Source: a virus. Taken from it: a stretch of 64,000 nucleotides of DNA. The stretch lies in the IMG/VR virus record IMGVR_UViG_637000268_000004, positions 428-64,427 of that record. One strand, 5' to 3'. Positions 37,349 through 47,100 of this stretch are shown here, one piece after another. Within the stretch, counting starts at the first letter, position 1; the number at the start of each line of letters is the position of its first letter. A program made the position numbers and the translations under genes. Under the pieces are notes generated by a model that was not told the DNA's origin, made no database searches, and was given only the letters and a program-made list of their open reading frames with translations.

Positions 37349-37864
37349 ATGCCAAGATCAGAGATTTGCAAAAACTGCTGCCCGAATGGCGGAGCCCTCT
37401 TTGACCTGAAGTACGGAGAGTTCGAAGACTTCGACACGGGCGAAGTCATGGCCGAGCCAGGCTACCGGAAAATTTGCAGGAACTGCGGGTACGCAAAGAA
37501 GGTTCGCAAACGGAAGCCTCGCCCGACCATCGACCAGATCTGCCAAATGCAAAGCCCGGAAGGCTTGCGCAATTGCAAGGATCTGGGCCGCTTCCACTAC
37601 TTTGCAGAGGCGGGAGTGTGGAAGAAGCTGCAAAGCGTTTGCGACCGATACGCAGAGCTTGCGCGGGAAAGAGGCATCACCAAGTATCCTCTTTTCCTGC
37701 ACTGGCGATACAACCGTCACGATGCTGAAGCCCTTTACAAGGAAATCAGCAAGTCAAGGTCCAATGCGAGGCAGGTGCGGATCCGCATCAGCCAACTGCA
37801 GGACCTTTTGGAGCGCGCTGAGGTGGCGCTCAAGAATGACTTTCAGATGAAGGCCGCAGCGTGA
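37349..37864 (+). CDS. Hypothetical protein with N-terminal CxxC...CxxC zinc ribbon
   Basis: ATG after AAGGAG; CKNC and CRNC pairs. Confidence 0.65.
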   Translation: MPRSEICKNCCPNGGALFDLKYGEFEDFDTGEVMAEPGYRKICRNCGYAKKVRKRKPRPTIDQICQMQSPEGLRNCKDLGRFHYFAEAGVWKKLQSVCDRYAELARERGITKYPLFLHWRYNRHDAEALYKEISKSRSNARQVRIRISQLQDLLERAEVALKNDFQMKAAA

Positions 37865-38124
37865 TGAGCAGTGCCGCCCACGATGCCGTCGAATCCCAGG
37901 CGACCATGAAGCGCAGGAAGAAACATAGGCGCGAGAAAGTTTGGTTCATGAAAGGCGCAGCCTGGGCGGTCGATAGGTCTTACCACCTGCCGATCACTGA
38001 CGAAGGCATGCGGCACTTCATGTGGGGAGCCGACTGCGTGAGAGAGGGCAGAATGGCGATCAACGACATCAGCTCTTTTCACCAGCATATCGAAGCGCTC
38101 CAGTCCGGCCATATCCCCGCTTAA
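37861..38124 (+). CDS. Hypothetical protein
   Basis: Coupled to the previous gene. Confidence 0.55.
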   Translation: MMSSAAHDAVESQATMKRRKKHRREKVWFMKGAAWAVDRSYHLPITDEGMRHFMWGADCVREGRMAINDISSFHQHIEALQSGHIPA

Positions 38125-38163
38125 CCCAATCATGAAATCCGTTGCACTAGCAGGACCAACCCA

Positions 38164-38373
38164 ATGAAACCTGATCACGTCCAAAATAAAGCGGTTAAAC
38201 CGTCCTGGCGGCAGCTGTGGCGCGAGATCCGGTGCTGCATCGTCGGGCACCAGTTCTATGTGCCGCGCGGCGGCGGCTATCCCGGCATGCCACAGTCCCA
38301 CTGCTACCGTTGCGGTGCGCCTTGCTCCTACGGGTACAAGGGCACCGATTGGGTAGACCCCAAGAAATCCTAA
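38164..38373 (+). CDS. Small Cys/His prophage protein (DUF1660-like)
   Basis: C.IVGH.F...C.RCG pattern. Confidence 0.55.
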   Translation: MKPDHVQNKAVKPSWRQLWREIRCCIVGHQFYVPRGGGYPGMPQSHCYRCGAPCSYGYKGTDWVDPKKS

Positions 38374-38390
38374 AAACCCCCGGAGGCCAC

Positions 38391-38672
38391 ATGACACCAG
38401 CAGAACGCTTTGAAAAATTGAGCGACGATTACCCGATGCCGTGGCAACTCGTCTGCCAGTATGTCGCTGGGGACTACATCCCGGAGCGCATCCTGGACCG
38501 TGATGGAAACAAGGTCATGGATTGCAAATGGGGAGCGGCCACAGAGGCCGGGAAGCACCTCTACGCTTGCCTTGTGGAGGCGTCGCATGACCGCGTGAAA
38601 TTCGGCAATCCGTGGAACTGTATGGACGCCAACCAAATCCGCGCGCTGACCGCGAAATTTGAACACTCCTGA
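38391..38672 (+). CDS. Hypothetical protein
   Basis: ATG after GGAGG. Confidence 0.6.
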   Translation: MTPAERFEKLSDDYPMPWQLVCQYVAGDYIPERILDRDGNKVMDCKWGAATEAGKHLYACLVEASHDRVKFGNPWNCMDANQIRALTAKFEHS

Positions 38673-38720
38673 AATCCCCCCTCTGTGCATCAGCGCACGA
38701 TCAAGAGCGGATCAAGAAAC

Positions 38721-38750
38721 GAAAAAGCCCCGGCATTCACCGGGGCTCTC
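38721..38750. terminator. Terminator between the P2 late operon and the cargo operon
   Basis: aaaaagccccgg-cattca-ccggggct; homologous to 624-655. Confidence 0.85.
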
Positions 38751-38771
38751 GTCTTTGAGGTTGTGCCAGAT

Positions 38772-39170
38772 TCACCGAAGCGACTTAAGCGCTCCGACAC
38801 CTGTGCCGACATAGAATAGCCAACGGATCATATCCCCGGCCCACTCCTGCATTTGCGGGGTTGGCAGATCTGCGACAGACCAGGTGAAGCCGAAGATGCT
38901 GTCGAGAATGACTGCGTTCCACCATGCGGCCAAGGGTACGAGGAAGAGCGCAGCGAACAGCCAGAACCACGGAAAGGCAAGCTTGGCGCGATTGTAGTCG
39001 GCCATGACCTGGGCTTCTTTCACGGCCTCACGGGCCAGCTCTACAGTCGTTTGGCTTCTGAGCTTCTCGCGGTCATTTTGCAGCTCCGCGCGGCGCTCCA
39101 AATGGCTGATGGCTTTGTCCACCATACCGCCGAACCCCATGCGCATGAGGAATGCGATCAAGCCCGTCAT
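38772..39170 (-). CDS. Holin-like membrane protein
   Basis: Paralogue of 675-1073. Confidence 0.65.
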   Translation of the reverse strand: MTGLIAFLMRMGFGGMVDKAISHLERRAELQNDREKLRSQTTVELAREAVKEAQVMADYNRAKLAFPWFWLFAALFLVPLAAWWNAVILDSIFGFTWSVADLPTPQMQEWAGDMIRWLFYVGTGVGALKSLR

Positions 39171-39976
39171 GCCGCAGCCTCCTGCGACCGCAGGAAGTAC
39201 AGAGCGACGGTCACAGCGGCAATCAGCAGCGCAGCGGCCACGGCATAGGCAACAGGGCCTTGAAGCTGTGTGAGGGCGATTGCGCCGCCACCCAAAGCGC
39301 CGCCATTGGTCCACCCCTTGCCAGACGTGATTAGCTCCTTGACCGTGGCAGACAGGCTCCGTTCACCGTCTTCGGCGCGGGCTCCCGAACCATCCTCGCG
39401 ATAGGACGGCGCGTGAATGACGGCAAGTTCGCGATGGAGGTAGACAGCGCGATCGATCACGCCGGTGTCGCGCGCCTGAACGCCGAGGCTTTCCCCCATC
39501 ACCCGGCGTGTCCAGCCGCGGCCAAACGTGCCCCAGTGGCGCAGCTTCTTCAGCCAGGAGAACCGAGCCTGACAGATAGACTGGATCAACCCTTCGACGT
39601 CCGCGCGGTCTACGGCTTCCATGGTGTTCACGCCGACAATCCCATCAGCCTTGACGCCCAGCTGGCGCTGCATGAACTTCACTGCGCGCGAAACACCGCT
39701 ATTTACCGCGAAGTCAAAGACGCAGTAGTCCAAGCCCCCGGGAAGCTCATCGCCACCCACCTTGTCCCAGTATTGGCTGCGATAGATCGCCTTCACCTCT
39801 TCCATGGTGATCAGTTTGACGCTGCGAGATGAGAGCTGACGACGACGCAGATCGGCATCATATGTGCGCTGAGTGACGCCCATATTCGTGGCTCCCCCCG
39901 GATCCTTGGGATGGTTCACATAACCGCCTTCATGGGCCAGAACCCAATCAAGGCTTCGGTCGAAGTTCTTCTGCAT
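39167..39976 (-). CDS. Endolysin, GH108
   Basis: Near-identical to 1070-1879. Confidence 0.9.
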   Translation of the reverse strand: MQKNFDRSLDWVLAHEGGYVNHPKDPGGATNMGVTQRTYDADLRRRQLSSRSVKLITMEEVKAIYRSQYWDKVGGDELPGGLDYCVFDFAVNSGVSRAVKFMQRQLGVKADGIVGVNTMEAVDRADVEGLIQSICQARFSWLKKLRHWGTFGRGWTRRVMGESLGVQARDTGVIDRAVYLHRELAVIHAPSYREDGSGARAEDGERSLSATVKELITSGKGWTNGGALGGGAIALTQLQGPVAYAVAAALLIAAVTVALYFLRSQEAAA

Positions 39977-39977
39977 T

Positions 39978-40412
39978 CTAGCCTCCGCTGATCGTGAATG
40001 TGTTGCTGGTGCGCCTGATCTCGCGCGCCCTGCCCTGTGTCGGATGGATGCGCCAGAGAGTGTTCACACGGTATTCCCCCGGTGGCAGGTGAAGCGGATC
40101 CGCCCACGTCCACCAGCAAAGATCGAGCTTGTCCGGAAGCTGGTTTTCCGGCCGATAGTCATTGGCGCCCTGAAAGGTGCGATAGGTGGCCCAGCCATAG
40201 GAGGCGCGCCCCATGATGGTAACGGTCCAGGCGGCCTTGAATGGCCGGTTGATCTCGCGATCAAACTGCATTTCCGGACACTCACCGGATGAAGCGTCGG
40301 CAACGCGCACTTCCCCAGCCTGAAACCACCAGCTCGCGGGTAGCGCACTGGTCATAAGGCTCAGCGCAAGCACGGCGCCCCAAGCCCCGACGATAAACTT
40401 GCCCCACGTCAT
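39978..40412 (-). CDS. Hypothetical lysis-cassette protein
   Basis: Paralogue of 1881-2315. Confidence 0.75.
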   Translation of the reverse strand: MTWGKFIVGAWGAVLALSLMTSALPASWWFQAGEVRVADASSGECPEMQFDREINRPFKAAWTVTIMGRASYGWATYRTFQGANDYRPENQLPDKLDLCWWTWADPLHLPPGEYRVNTLWRIHPTQGRAREIRRTSNTFTISGG

Positions 40413-40705
40413 TTCTTGTTCCCCCGCAGAAGTCGGACGGCATCCTCAATGCCGAGGGAAAGGATCTGTCGGGCGATATGCTCACCGGTCAGCGCGATCA
40501 GGGCGCAAACTGCGTAGGTGTAGACCTCGCCATCAAGCTCCAGCCAATCCATAAGCGGCTCAGTGAACACCAGAGCGCAGCAGATCGCTGACGCGGTGGT
40601 GGTGATAGCCCCGAAAAGGGTTATTTGGGGCGAGGCGCGCAGCTTCAGCAGAATTGCCGCCGCCATAGCCAACCAGAATTCAATCGCAAACAGCAGGTCT
40701 TTCAC
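40409..40705 (-). CDS. Small multi-TM protein, holin candidate
   Basis: Identical protein to 2312-2608. Confidence 0.65.
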   Translation of the reverse strand: MKDLLFAIEFWLAMAAAILLKLRASPQITLFGAITTTASAICCALVFTEPLMDWLELDGEVYTYAVCALIALTGEHIARQILSLGIEDAVRLLRGNKK

Positions 40706-40711
40706 GGTTGC

Positions 40712-41059
40712 TCATCTCCATTTGTGGATAGTGACGGCCAGAACCATTGCCAGCCTGCGGATGCGCGAGACGCCAGCGGCGCGCAGCGCTTCGGAAAAGG
40801 GTGCAGCCGCGCTGACCCGCCCCCAACCGAGCCGGTGGAGGGCGTAATCATGCAGCGCAGCAGCTTTCAGATAGCGGGGATCGTGCCGGTCGAAGATCCA
40901 CCCGGCCCAGCGAGGAATCGAGACGTCAAAGGCAAAGCCCGGAGGCACGTAAATAAAGAGACCGGAGCCCTTGGCTCCAATCTCCCATGCGAGTTCAGTT
41001 GTGGTGAAGTATCCGTCCCCGTGGCGGATGTACCAGTTACTGCGGCCAATACCCGTCAT
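40712..41059 (-). CDS. DUF1353-like phage protein
   Basis: Identical to 2615-2962. Confidence 0.75.
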   Translation of the reverse strand: MTGIGRSNWYIRHGDGYFTTTELAWEIGAKGSGLFIYVPPGFAFDVSIPRWAGWIFDRHDPRYLKAAALHDYALHRLGWGRVSAAAPFSEALRAAGVSRIRRLAMVLAVTIHKWR

Positions 41060-41669
41060 TGGCGTAGTCTGCCGGGATGCCGCCTTGCGTGTCCTTCAGC
41101 GCCCAACTCGCGGCATAGACCTGTTCGATCCATGCAGAGCCCAAGGACCACATTTCCAGTACCTGCGCGGGCGTCAGAACGTGATCGACGTTCTCGGCGT
41201 CCCTGAAAGTGGTCTGGTGCGTGGTATTGCCATCTGCCAACCGAAGCTGTGCCGCGAAAGCGAGACCCTGAAGGTTCCGTGTATCTTCGTCGCGCCCCGA
41301 AAGGGCCACAGGGCCGTTACCGGTCACGGTCACTTTCGTGCCAGCGACCAGACGTCGAGCACGTTCTGCGTTTACCCTTGCTCGCATTTTTTGGCGTTCG
41401 GCTGCGACCTCTTCGGGTGTCTTTGCCCGCACCGTCCAGCCAAGAACCCATTGCCCTTCTACAAGCTCAGGAGTCTCTGACAGAACTGCCGTTTCGTCCA
41501 TCGCTTGGGTGGGTCGCTCTGCGATCAAGACCGGGAGCATGCCATACTCTGCCAGCTTGAAGCTGGGAAGGGTGAGCGGCAGGCTCAAGCGAGGGTTGTC
41601 GCGACGAAGGTCTTCGAGGGAATAAGGGTATTGAATCAAGACGCCGTCTCGAACCAAAGCGTAAGTCAT
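41037..41669 (-). CDS. Tail fibre assembly/chaperone protein (DUF4376-like C-terminus)
   Basis: C-terminus shared with P1, N-terminus different. Confidence 0.7.
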   Translation of the reverse strand: MTYALVRDGVLIQYPYSLEDLRRDNPRLSLPLTLPSFKLAEYGMLPVLIAERPTQAMDETAVLSETPELVEGQWVLGWTVRAKTPEEVAAERQKMRARVNAERARRLVAGTKVTVTGNGPVALSGRDEDTRNLQGLAFAAQLRLADGNTTHQTTFRDAENVDHVLTPAQVLEMWSLGSAWIEQVYAASWALKDTQGGIPADYANDGYWPQ

Positions 41670-43183
41670 GAGTAAGTGTCTCCTCGCTTCGTGCCGTAAA
41701 AGACGACACCTCCATCATAAGTGGTGAAGTCTATCAGATCCGAGTCGCCACCTGACGCAACTGTAGGGGTGACGCCGCCCGGCCACTGTATCGTCGGGTA
41801 GGTCAAAGTGAAATCAACGTCGACATCAGCGGAGTACTGAAACATCGAGTTGTTGGCGTCCCCCGCAACGAACATTTTTGTACCATCTGGTTTGAAAACT
41901 GCGTGTTTCATCGCAGTGTCTTGAGCGGACACGGAAAACGAAACCCCAGAGTAGGTCGCCGTAGACAAGTCCCATGCTGTCGACAAGTTGTACTGAATTA
42001 CAGAACTGGAGTTCTGTAAAAATATCTTCGTTCCGTCGCTTGAGATGGACATGTTCACAGCGAAACTTACAGACGGCGCAGTGAAGTCAAAATTGACGCT
42101 GTCGTAGCTAGCCGTAGACAAGTCCCACGCAGTAGAGAGCGTGAACTGAGAAATCCCCTCATTCGGACCGTACCCCTGCACGTACATCTTTGTACCATCG
42201 GGGTTAAACGCCAAGCCTTGAGGTTGTGTCACCGGTGACGGCACAAGGTACGAAACACTATCGTAACTTCCCGTGGATAAGTCCCACGCTGTTGACAGAG
42301 TGTATTGGTAGACCCTGTCACTGTTGAAATCGAGGACGAACATTTTCGTCCCGTCTGAACTAAACTCTACGCCTTCAACTACTCCCACCTGCGAAGTCAC
42401 ATTGAATGAGGCACTGTCGTAACTGGCGGTGGATAAATCCCAAGCTGTTGACAGACTATATTGGTATATGGAGTCCGGGGTGCTGCCGTCACTGACGAAC
42501 ATCTTTGTGCCGTCTGGCCTGAAGGTTATTGATTTTGGTTCAGTTCCCTGTGCCCCTACCGAAAAAGAAACACCGTCGTACGTCGCTGATGTCAGAGCGA
42601 AACCGACGTTCTCGGAACCACCTGTCAGCTTCAGGGTAAAGTTTTTGACGGTACCCGTCACAGGCGGATTAACAAAAGACAACGTCGTGTCGCCAGTGAG
42701 GGTCAAGTCGAAGAAATCAGCAGCTGACAAATCCAAAGCGGGAGACGTCCCGGTTAAAGTCAAGGCTTTGCTTGTAACTGCGGCGTTCCCGACCTCAAGC
42801 CAATCGGTACCATCAACCGGCGTAGTCCCAGCAGGCGCAGTGGTCTTTTTGACAAATTCGCTACCCGTGTAGGACACACTTTCGCCAACCGCGTATAGCG
42901 AACCGGCGTCATAGTCGCCTTGGTAATTCGCTGCACCCGATGCGGTCAGAGCAGACTGCGCGGCTTGCGAGGCGCTTGTAGACGCCGCAGCCGCACTATC
43001 AGACGCTGCGGTTGCGCTGCCCGCGATTTCGGTGACCTTTTCCGAGACCCACGAAATGACAGTTGTTACCTCAGCAGCAAATGTGACCAACCAGGCAAAG
43101 AACGCATCTCCCCGCGCGGAGAAGGTAGACGGCTGCTGACGAGATGGTGCATCTGGCGGCGGTGTGATCGTCGGATCGCTCAT
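41666..43183 (-). CDS. Tail fibre / receptor-binding protein with beta-propeller repeats
   Basis: N-terminus shared with the P1 fibre; 5x DGTK and 4x STAWDLST repeats. Confidence 0.85.
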   Translation of the reverse strand: MSDPTITPPPDAPSRQQPSTFSARGDAFFAWLVTFAAEVTTVISWVSEKVTEIAGSATAASDSAAAASTSASQAAQSALTASGAANYQGDYDAGSLYAVGESVSYTGSEFVKKTTAPAGTTPVDGTDWLEVGNAAVTSKALTLTGTSPALDLSAADFFDLTLTGDTTLSFVNPPVTGTVKNFTLKLTGGSENVGFALTSATYDGVSFSVGAQGTEPKSITFRPDGTKMFVSDGSTPDSIYQYSLSTAWDLSTASYDSASFNVTSQVGVVEGVEFSSDGTKMFVLDFNSDRVYQYTLSTAWDLSTGSYDSVSYLVPSPVTQPQGLAFNPDGTKMYVQGYGPNEGISQFTLSTAWDLSTASYDSVNFDFTAPSVSFAVNMSISSDGTKIFLQNSSSVIQYNLSTAWDLSTATYSGVSFSVSAQDTAMKHAVFKPDGTKMFVAGDANNSMFQYSADVDVDFTLTYPTIQWPGGVTPTVASGGDSDLIDFTTYDGGVVFYGTKRGDTYS

Positions 43184-44124
43184 GTGATACTCTCCAGTTC
43201 GAGAATGCCCTCAGACTCGCTCCCGATGCGGGGAACGACCTGAAAGGACTGGTAAAATCCGTAGACGGAAAACTCATTGGCCTTGTACGGCCCATCGCTG
43301 CTGTAGACCGTCAGTTTGGCGCGGCGGCTTGCCAGACGGCTTTTCAGGTAGGAAGCGCGCGAGGTCGGAAAGACAAATGCGACGGGCATTTCGTCTGCAA
43401 AGTCTTTCTCCAACAGCGACACCCGACCAAAATCAGGGTCGCGCTCTTTGCGGGAGAAGTCCTGGATCGATAGCGGGATCTCATCAATCGTGACGCCGAT
43501 CTCTTCTTTTCGGCCGATCACGATCTGCCCGACCTCTACGTCCTCTCCAGATGCCTCCGCAGTGACAGTCACCTTTGCACCCGCGTAGGGCGGAATATCT
43601 GTGATGACCAAGCGGTCACTGAGGATAATCGGGCTGGTGAGGTAGGTGTAGAGATCAACCACACCACTCTCATCCTGCAGCGAGTATGTCTGATTGTAGA
43701 CCTCGGCCCCACCACTGTCGCGAACAAGGACCGTCACCGACAGGGCGTAGAGCCCGAACAAAGACACACTGTCGATGACTTTGGGCGCGGTTATCACCCA
43801 TTGCGCGCTATTTGCCTGCACGCTCGGATCGCCGATATACTCATCGAAGACCCGCCAACGGTTGGTAGAGCGGATTTTCACCCATTTGGTGTTCCCCGTG
43901 TCGGTGGCAGGATCGACTGCGCCACCATGGCTGGGCCCCGAGGGAGCGACAGCGCGGTAAATGGCATGCTGCCCTACTTCGACAATCACCTCTTCTGGGT
44001 TGTCCGGATCAGAGAACGGATAGTCAGTTGATGCATCCCAGACGGGCGCGTCAGTTTCGGGAACGGTCGAGGACACAAATGCGGCGTCGTCAATCGTCTC
44101 TGGCTCGATCATTCTAAAACTCAT
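43180..44124 (-). CDS. Minor tail (distal tail/baseplate-like) protein
   Basis: Paralogue of 4510-5454. Confidence 0.7.
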   Translation of the reverse strand: MSFRMIEPETIDDAAFVSSTVPETDAPVWDASTDYPFSDPDNPEEVIVEVGQHAIYRAVAPSGPSHGGAVDPATDTGNTKWVKIRSTNRWRVFDEYIGDPSVQANSAQWVITAPKVIDSVSLFGLYALSVTVLVRDSGGAEVYNQTYSLQDESGVVDLYTYLTSPIILSDRLVITDIPPYAGAKVTVTAEASGEDVEVGQIVIGRKEEIGVTIDEIPLSIQDFSRKERDPDFGRVSLLEKDFADEMPVAFVFPTSRASYLKSRLASRRAKLTVYSSDGPYKANEFSVYGFYQSFQVVPRIGSESEGILELESIT

Positions 44125-47100
44125 TCGGTTCGCTCCTTCGGAACACCGTCTCTGTCCCATTTGGTCTGCGTCCGCATCGCCTTGCCCGTGTTGTAAGTCG
44201 TTGCGCGCGCATGGGATTCCAGCACCGCCAGCCGTTCACCGATTTTCCGCAATTCCTGAACCACTGCGCTGCTATCCCCCTCGGCTTGGCCACCCGAACG
44301 GTTGGTGCGCGTGTGATCGATAACTGTCTCACGAGGATGCAGCATTGCGAGGAAGCCGCCCTTTCCATCGATACCGCCAACACGCGGTCCGCTGCCGGTG
44401 TAACCACCACCATCGAAGCTGGGAGTGTCTCCAGCGGCCAGCGCCCCATCTCGGAAGGCGTTGATAAGCGCCTCGCCCTGCAGGCCTGTAGACTTCCAGA
44501 ATTCGACACCCGCTGGATCTGCCGCGCGGCCCAGCATCGAGCCATACAGTGCCTCAACCGGATCAACAGGCTGCGCTGCAGAGCCGATGTTGCCAAAGCC
44601 CGGTGTCACCCCCGTCTGGGCCTCGCCCGAGGTCATCAGATCGTACTGGATGCGGCCCGCCTTGACCTGTCCGGATTGCAGAAGGTCGCCGTAAAAGTCC
44701 AAGCCAGACACATCGACATTTCGGCCAAAGACATCTTGGTAAAGGCCGTTGATCTGCGCGGCAACGCCGTCAAGCACTCCCGCGCCTTTCTCGCTCAGAA
44801 TGCCATTGGTGCGGTCAAAGCTGAACTGGTCGAAGGCGTCCCGGCCCAGGCCCATCAGCCCGCCCGTACCCCCGATGCCCGAGACTGCGGAGAGCAGGGC
44901 CTGAGCAAGCGCATACATCGAGTCCTCGACACGCAGCATGGCAGCCTCGACGCCAAGCATGGCGGTCTCCAAGCGCTCCATGGCCTCTTCCAGGTTGTCG
45001 GTGTTCTGGTCTATCCCGAGCAGTGGCCCATAGAGTTCCTCGATCGCGCGCTTCTGGTTCTCCAGTACCCGGAGTTGCTGCTCTGCCTCTGTGAGCTGTT
45101 CCTCTGCGATGCCCTTCTGCTCATCCATGAGGGCGCTTGTTCTGGCGTAATCATAGGCGAAGTCCGCGTATGTGCTGAAGAACTGCTCTGCGGGCGCGTT
45201 CAAGCCCTGCACGACCTCTCTCAGCCGCTGTGGGTCATCGATCCCGGCAGAAAGCTCCGTCTTCAGCCGTTCGCGCTGCAGGCGCTGCGCCTCAAGCTCA
45301 AGCGGTGTGCGGGCGCCCAGCCCATCCGAGAGGATATCGAAGATGCCTTTGATCGAGTCACGCGCGCTTTGTGCCGATCGGATCTGCAGATCCATGATCC
45401 GCATAACGTTGTTGTACTCGACCAGTGCTGTGGCCTGCGCATCAGCGAGTTCATCCTCCGCCCCCAAGACGTCACTGGAGAAGGAGCGCACCAGCGCAGA
45501 GATGCCGCTGGCAGCAAGCGAAGCAGAGCCATACAGCTCTTCCGAAAGCTGGCTCAGATTGGCGAACTCACCGGACAGGTTAAGCAAACCTGCATAAAGC
45601 ACCCTGCCCTCTTCTGTGCTGAGATCCTGCGCCTCGACCAGATCGCGGAAGGCCTCTTTGGTGGCCGGCATGGCGACATTCAAGGCCTCGAATTGATCTG
45701 CCAACAAGCCTGTGCGCGATGTCAGCTGCTCTTCTTGGCTATAGAAGTTGGTGAAGTAGCTGTTCACAGATGCATTGAAGGTATCAAGGCCACCGGCTGC
45801 ATCGATCAGTTGCCGCGCCATATCTGCGCCGTAGACCGAGGTCTCAAACATCGCCCCATTGAGCAGTTCCATGGCCTGATTGGCCGAGGTGATCGAGGAC
45901 ACAAGCGCATCCAGCGTGGCCGCGGCGTCTTCGCCTTCGCGGATCAGCCTGCCACCCATGGCCTCATTGAACGACCCCAATGCCGCGTAGGAGAACTGAT
46001 CGGCGACGGTATCGAAGATGCGCTGGATCTCAGCATTGCGCGCCGCCTCATCCAGCCCCTTGAGGCTGACCTGGATCTGCGTGGACCAGCTTGAGAAATT
46101 ATCAGCAGTGAGACCAAGCTGCGCACCGGCAGCGCCAATTGAGGTGGTGATGTCTTCAATGGACTTGCGGATGGGCGCAGCCGTAGCCTCATCTGCCTCC
46201 TCAAAGGTGAGGCTGACCTTTTTGGAGAGCCCCCAGAAGCGGGACTTCTGCACCTTGTCGAACTCTTCAACCAAGGTGCCCATATTATCGGCGGTCACGC
46301 GAAGGCCGTTATCCAAGTGCTTGGTTTTGGTGGTGAAGAAGCTCACCGCTGCAGCAACAGCGCCCAGAGCGGGTAGCGCCGCGCCTACTGCGCCCCAGCC
46401 GCCCACCGAACCGGTCACCAGACCACCCAGGTTCGCAAAACTGGACCCAAGGCCACCACCTGACAGCACGCCGCCAAGGCCCGAGGAAATTCCACTCACA
46501 GCACCGCTGAACGCACCACCACTGCCCAGTCCAAGGACGTTGCCAAGCAGGCCACTACCGCCCCCGGCTGCGGCCTGGGCGACCCCACCGGCCACGGCTC
46601 CGCCACCGCTGAACGCGGCCATGAACGGAACGACGATCTCGTTTTTCAGTGCCACCGAGATCATCTGCTTGAGCCAGTTCTCGAAGGTATCCAAGATGCC
46701 GTCGAGACCGTCGGTGAAGCCGTTGAAAAGGCCATCCACGAGGCCGTCTGTCAGATCACCGACAAGCGGCAATGAGTCGGCCAGTTCGACATTCAGATCG
46801 CGCATCGCACGCGCCATTTCATCCTCGGACAAAATACCTTGGAACTTAGCCAGTTTTTCCAGCTCTTGCCGATAAGCCTCCATTGGGTCGAGAGATGCTT
46901 TGAGAGCCTTAAGCTCGTTTTCAAGCGCCTTGGTGGACTTGCCGCTGGCAGAGGACACCTTGTTCAGTGCACGCTCTCTCTCGCGAGCGGCTTCGCGCTC
47001 TTTATCCAGCATGATATCCGCAGCCTGTCCCGAGCGGAAAACCCATCTCTCTGCCTCAATCGCCATCAGCTCAAAAACATTCGCACCTTGCGAGCGGGCG

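Noticed and set aside
41950-42460. CRISPR-like or non-coding repeat array
   Set aside because: The roughly 150-bp periodic repeats are degenerate, in frame, and encode STAWDLST propeller blades
3443-43183. Diversity-generating retroelement acting on the tail fibres
   Set aside because: No reverse transcriptase ORF and no template/variable repeat pair with adenine-specific mismatches
36576-43183. Gin/Cin-type invertible tail-fibre segment driven by the serine recombinase
   Set aside because: No inverted repeats flank the fibre cassette and no second fibre 3' end is present in the opposite orientation
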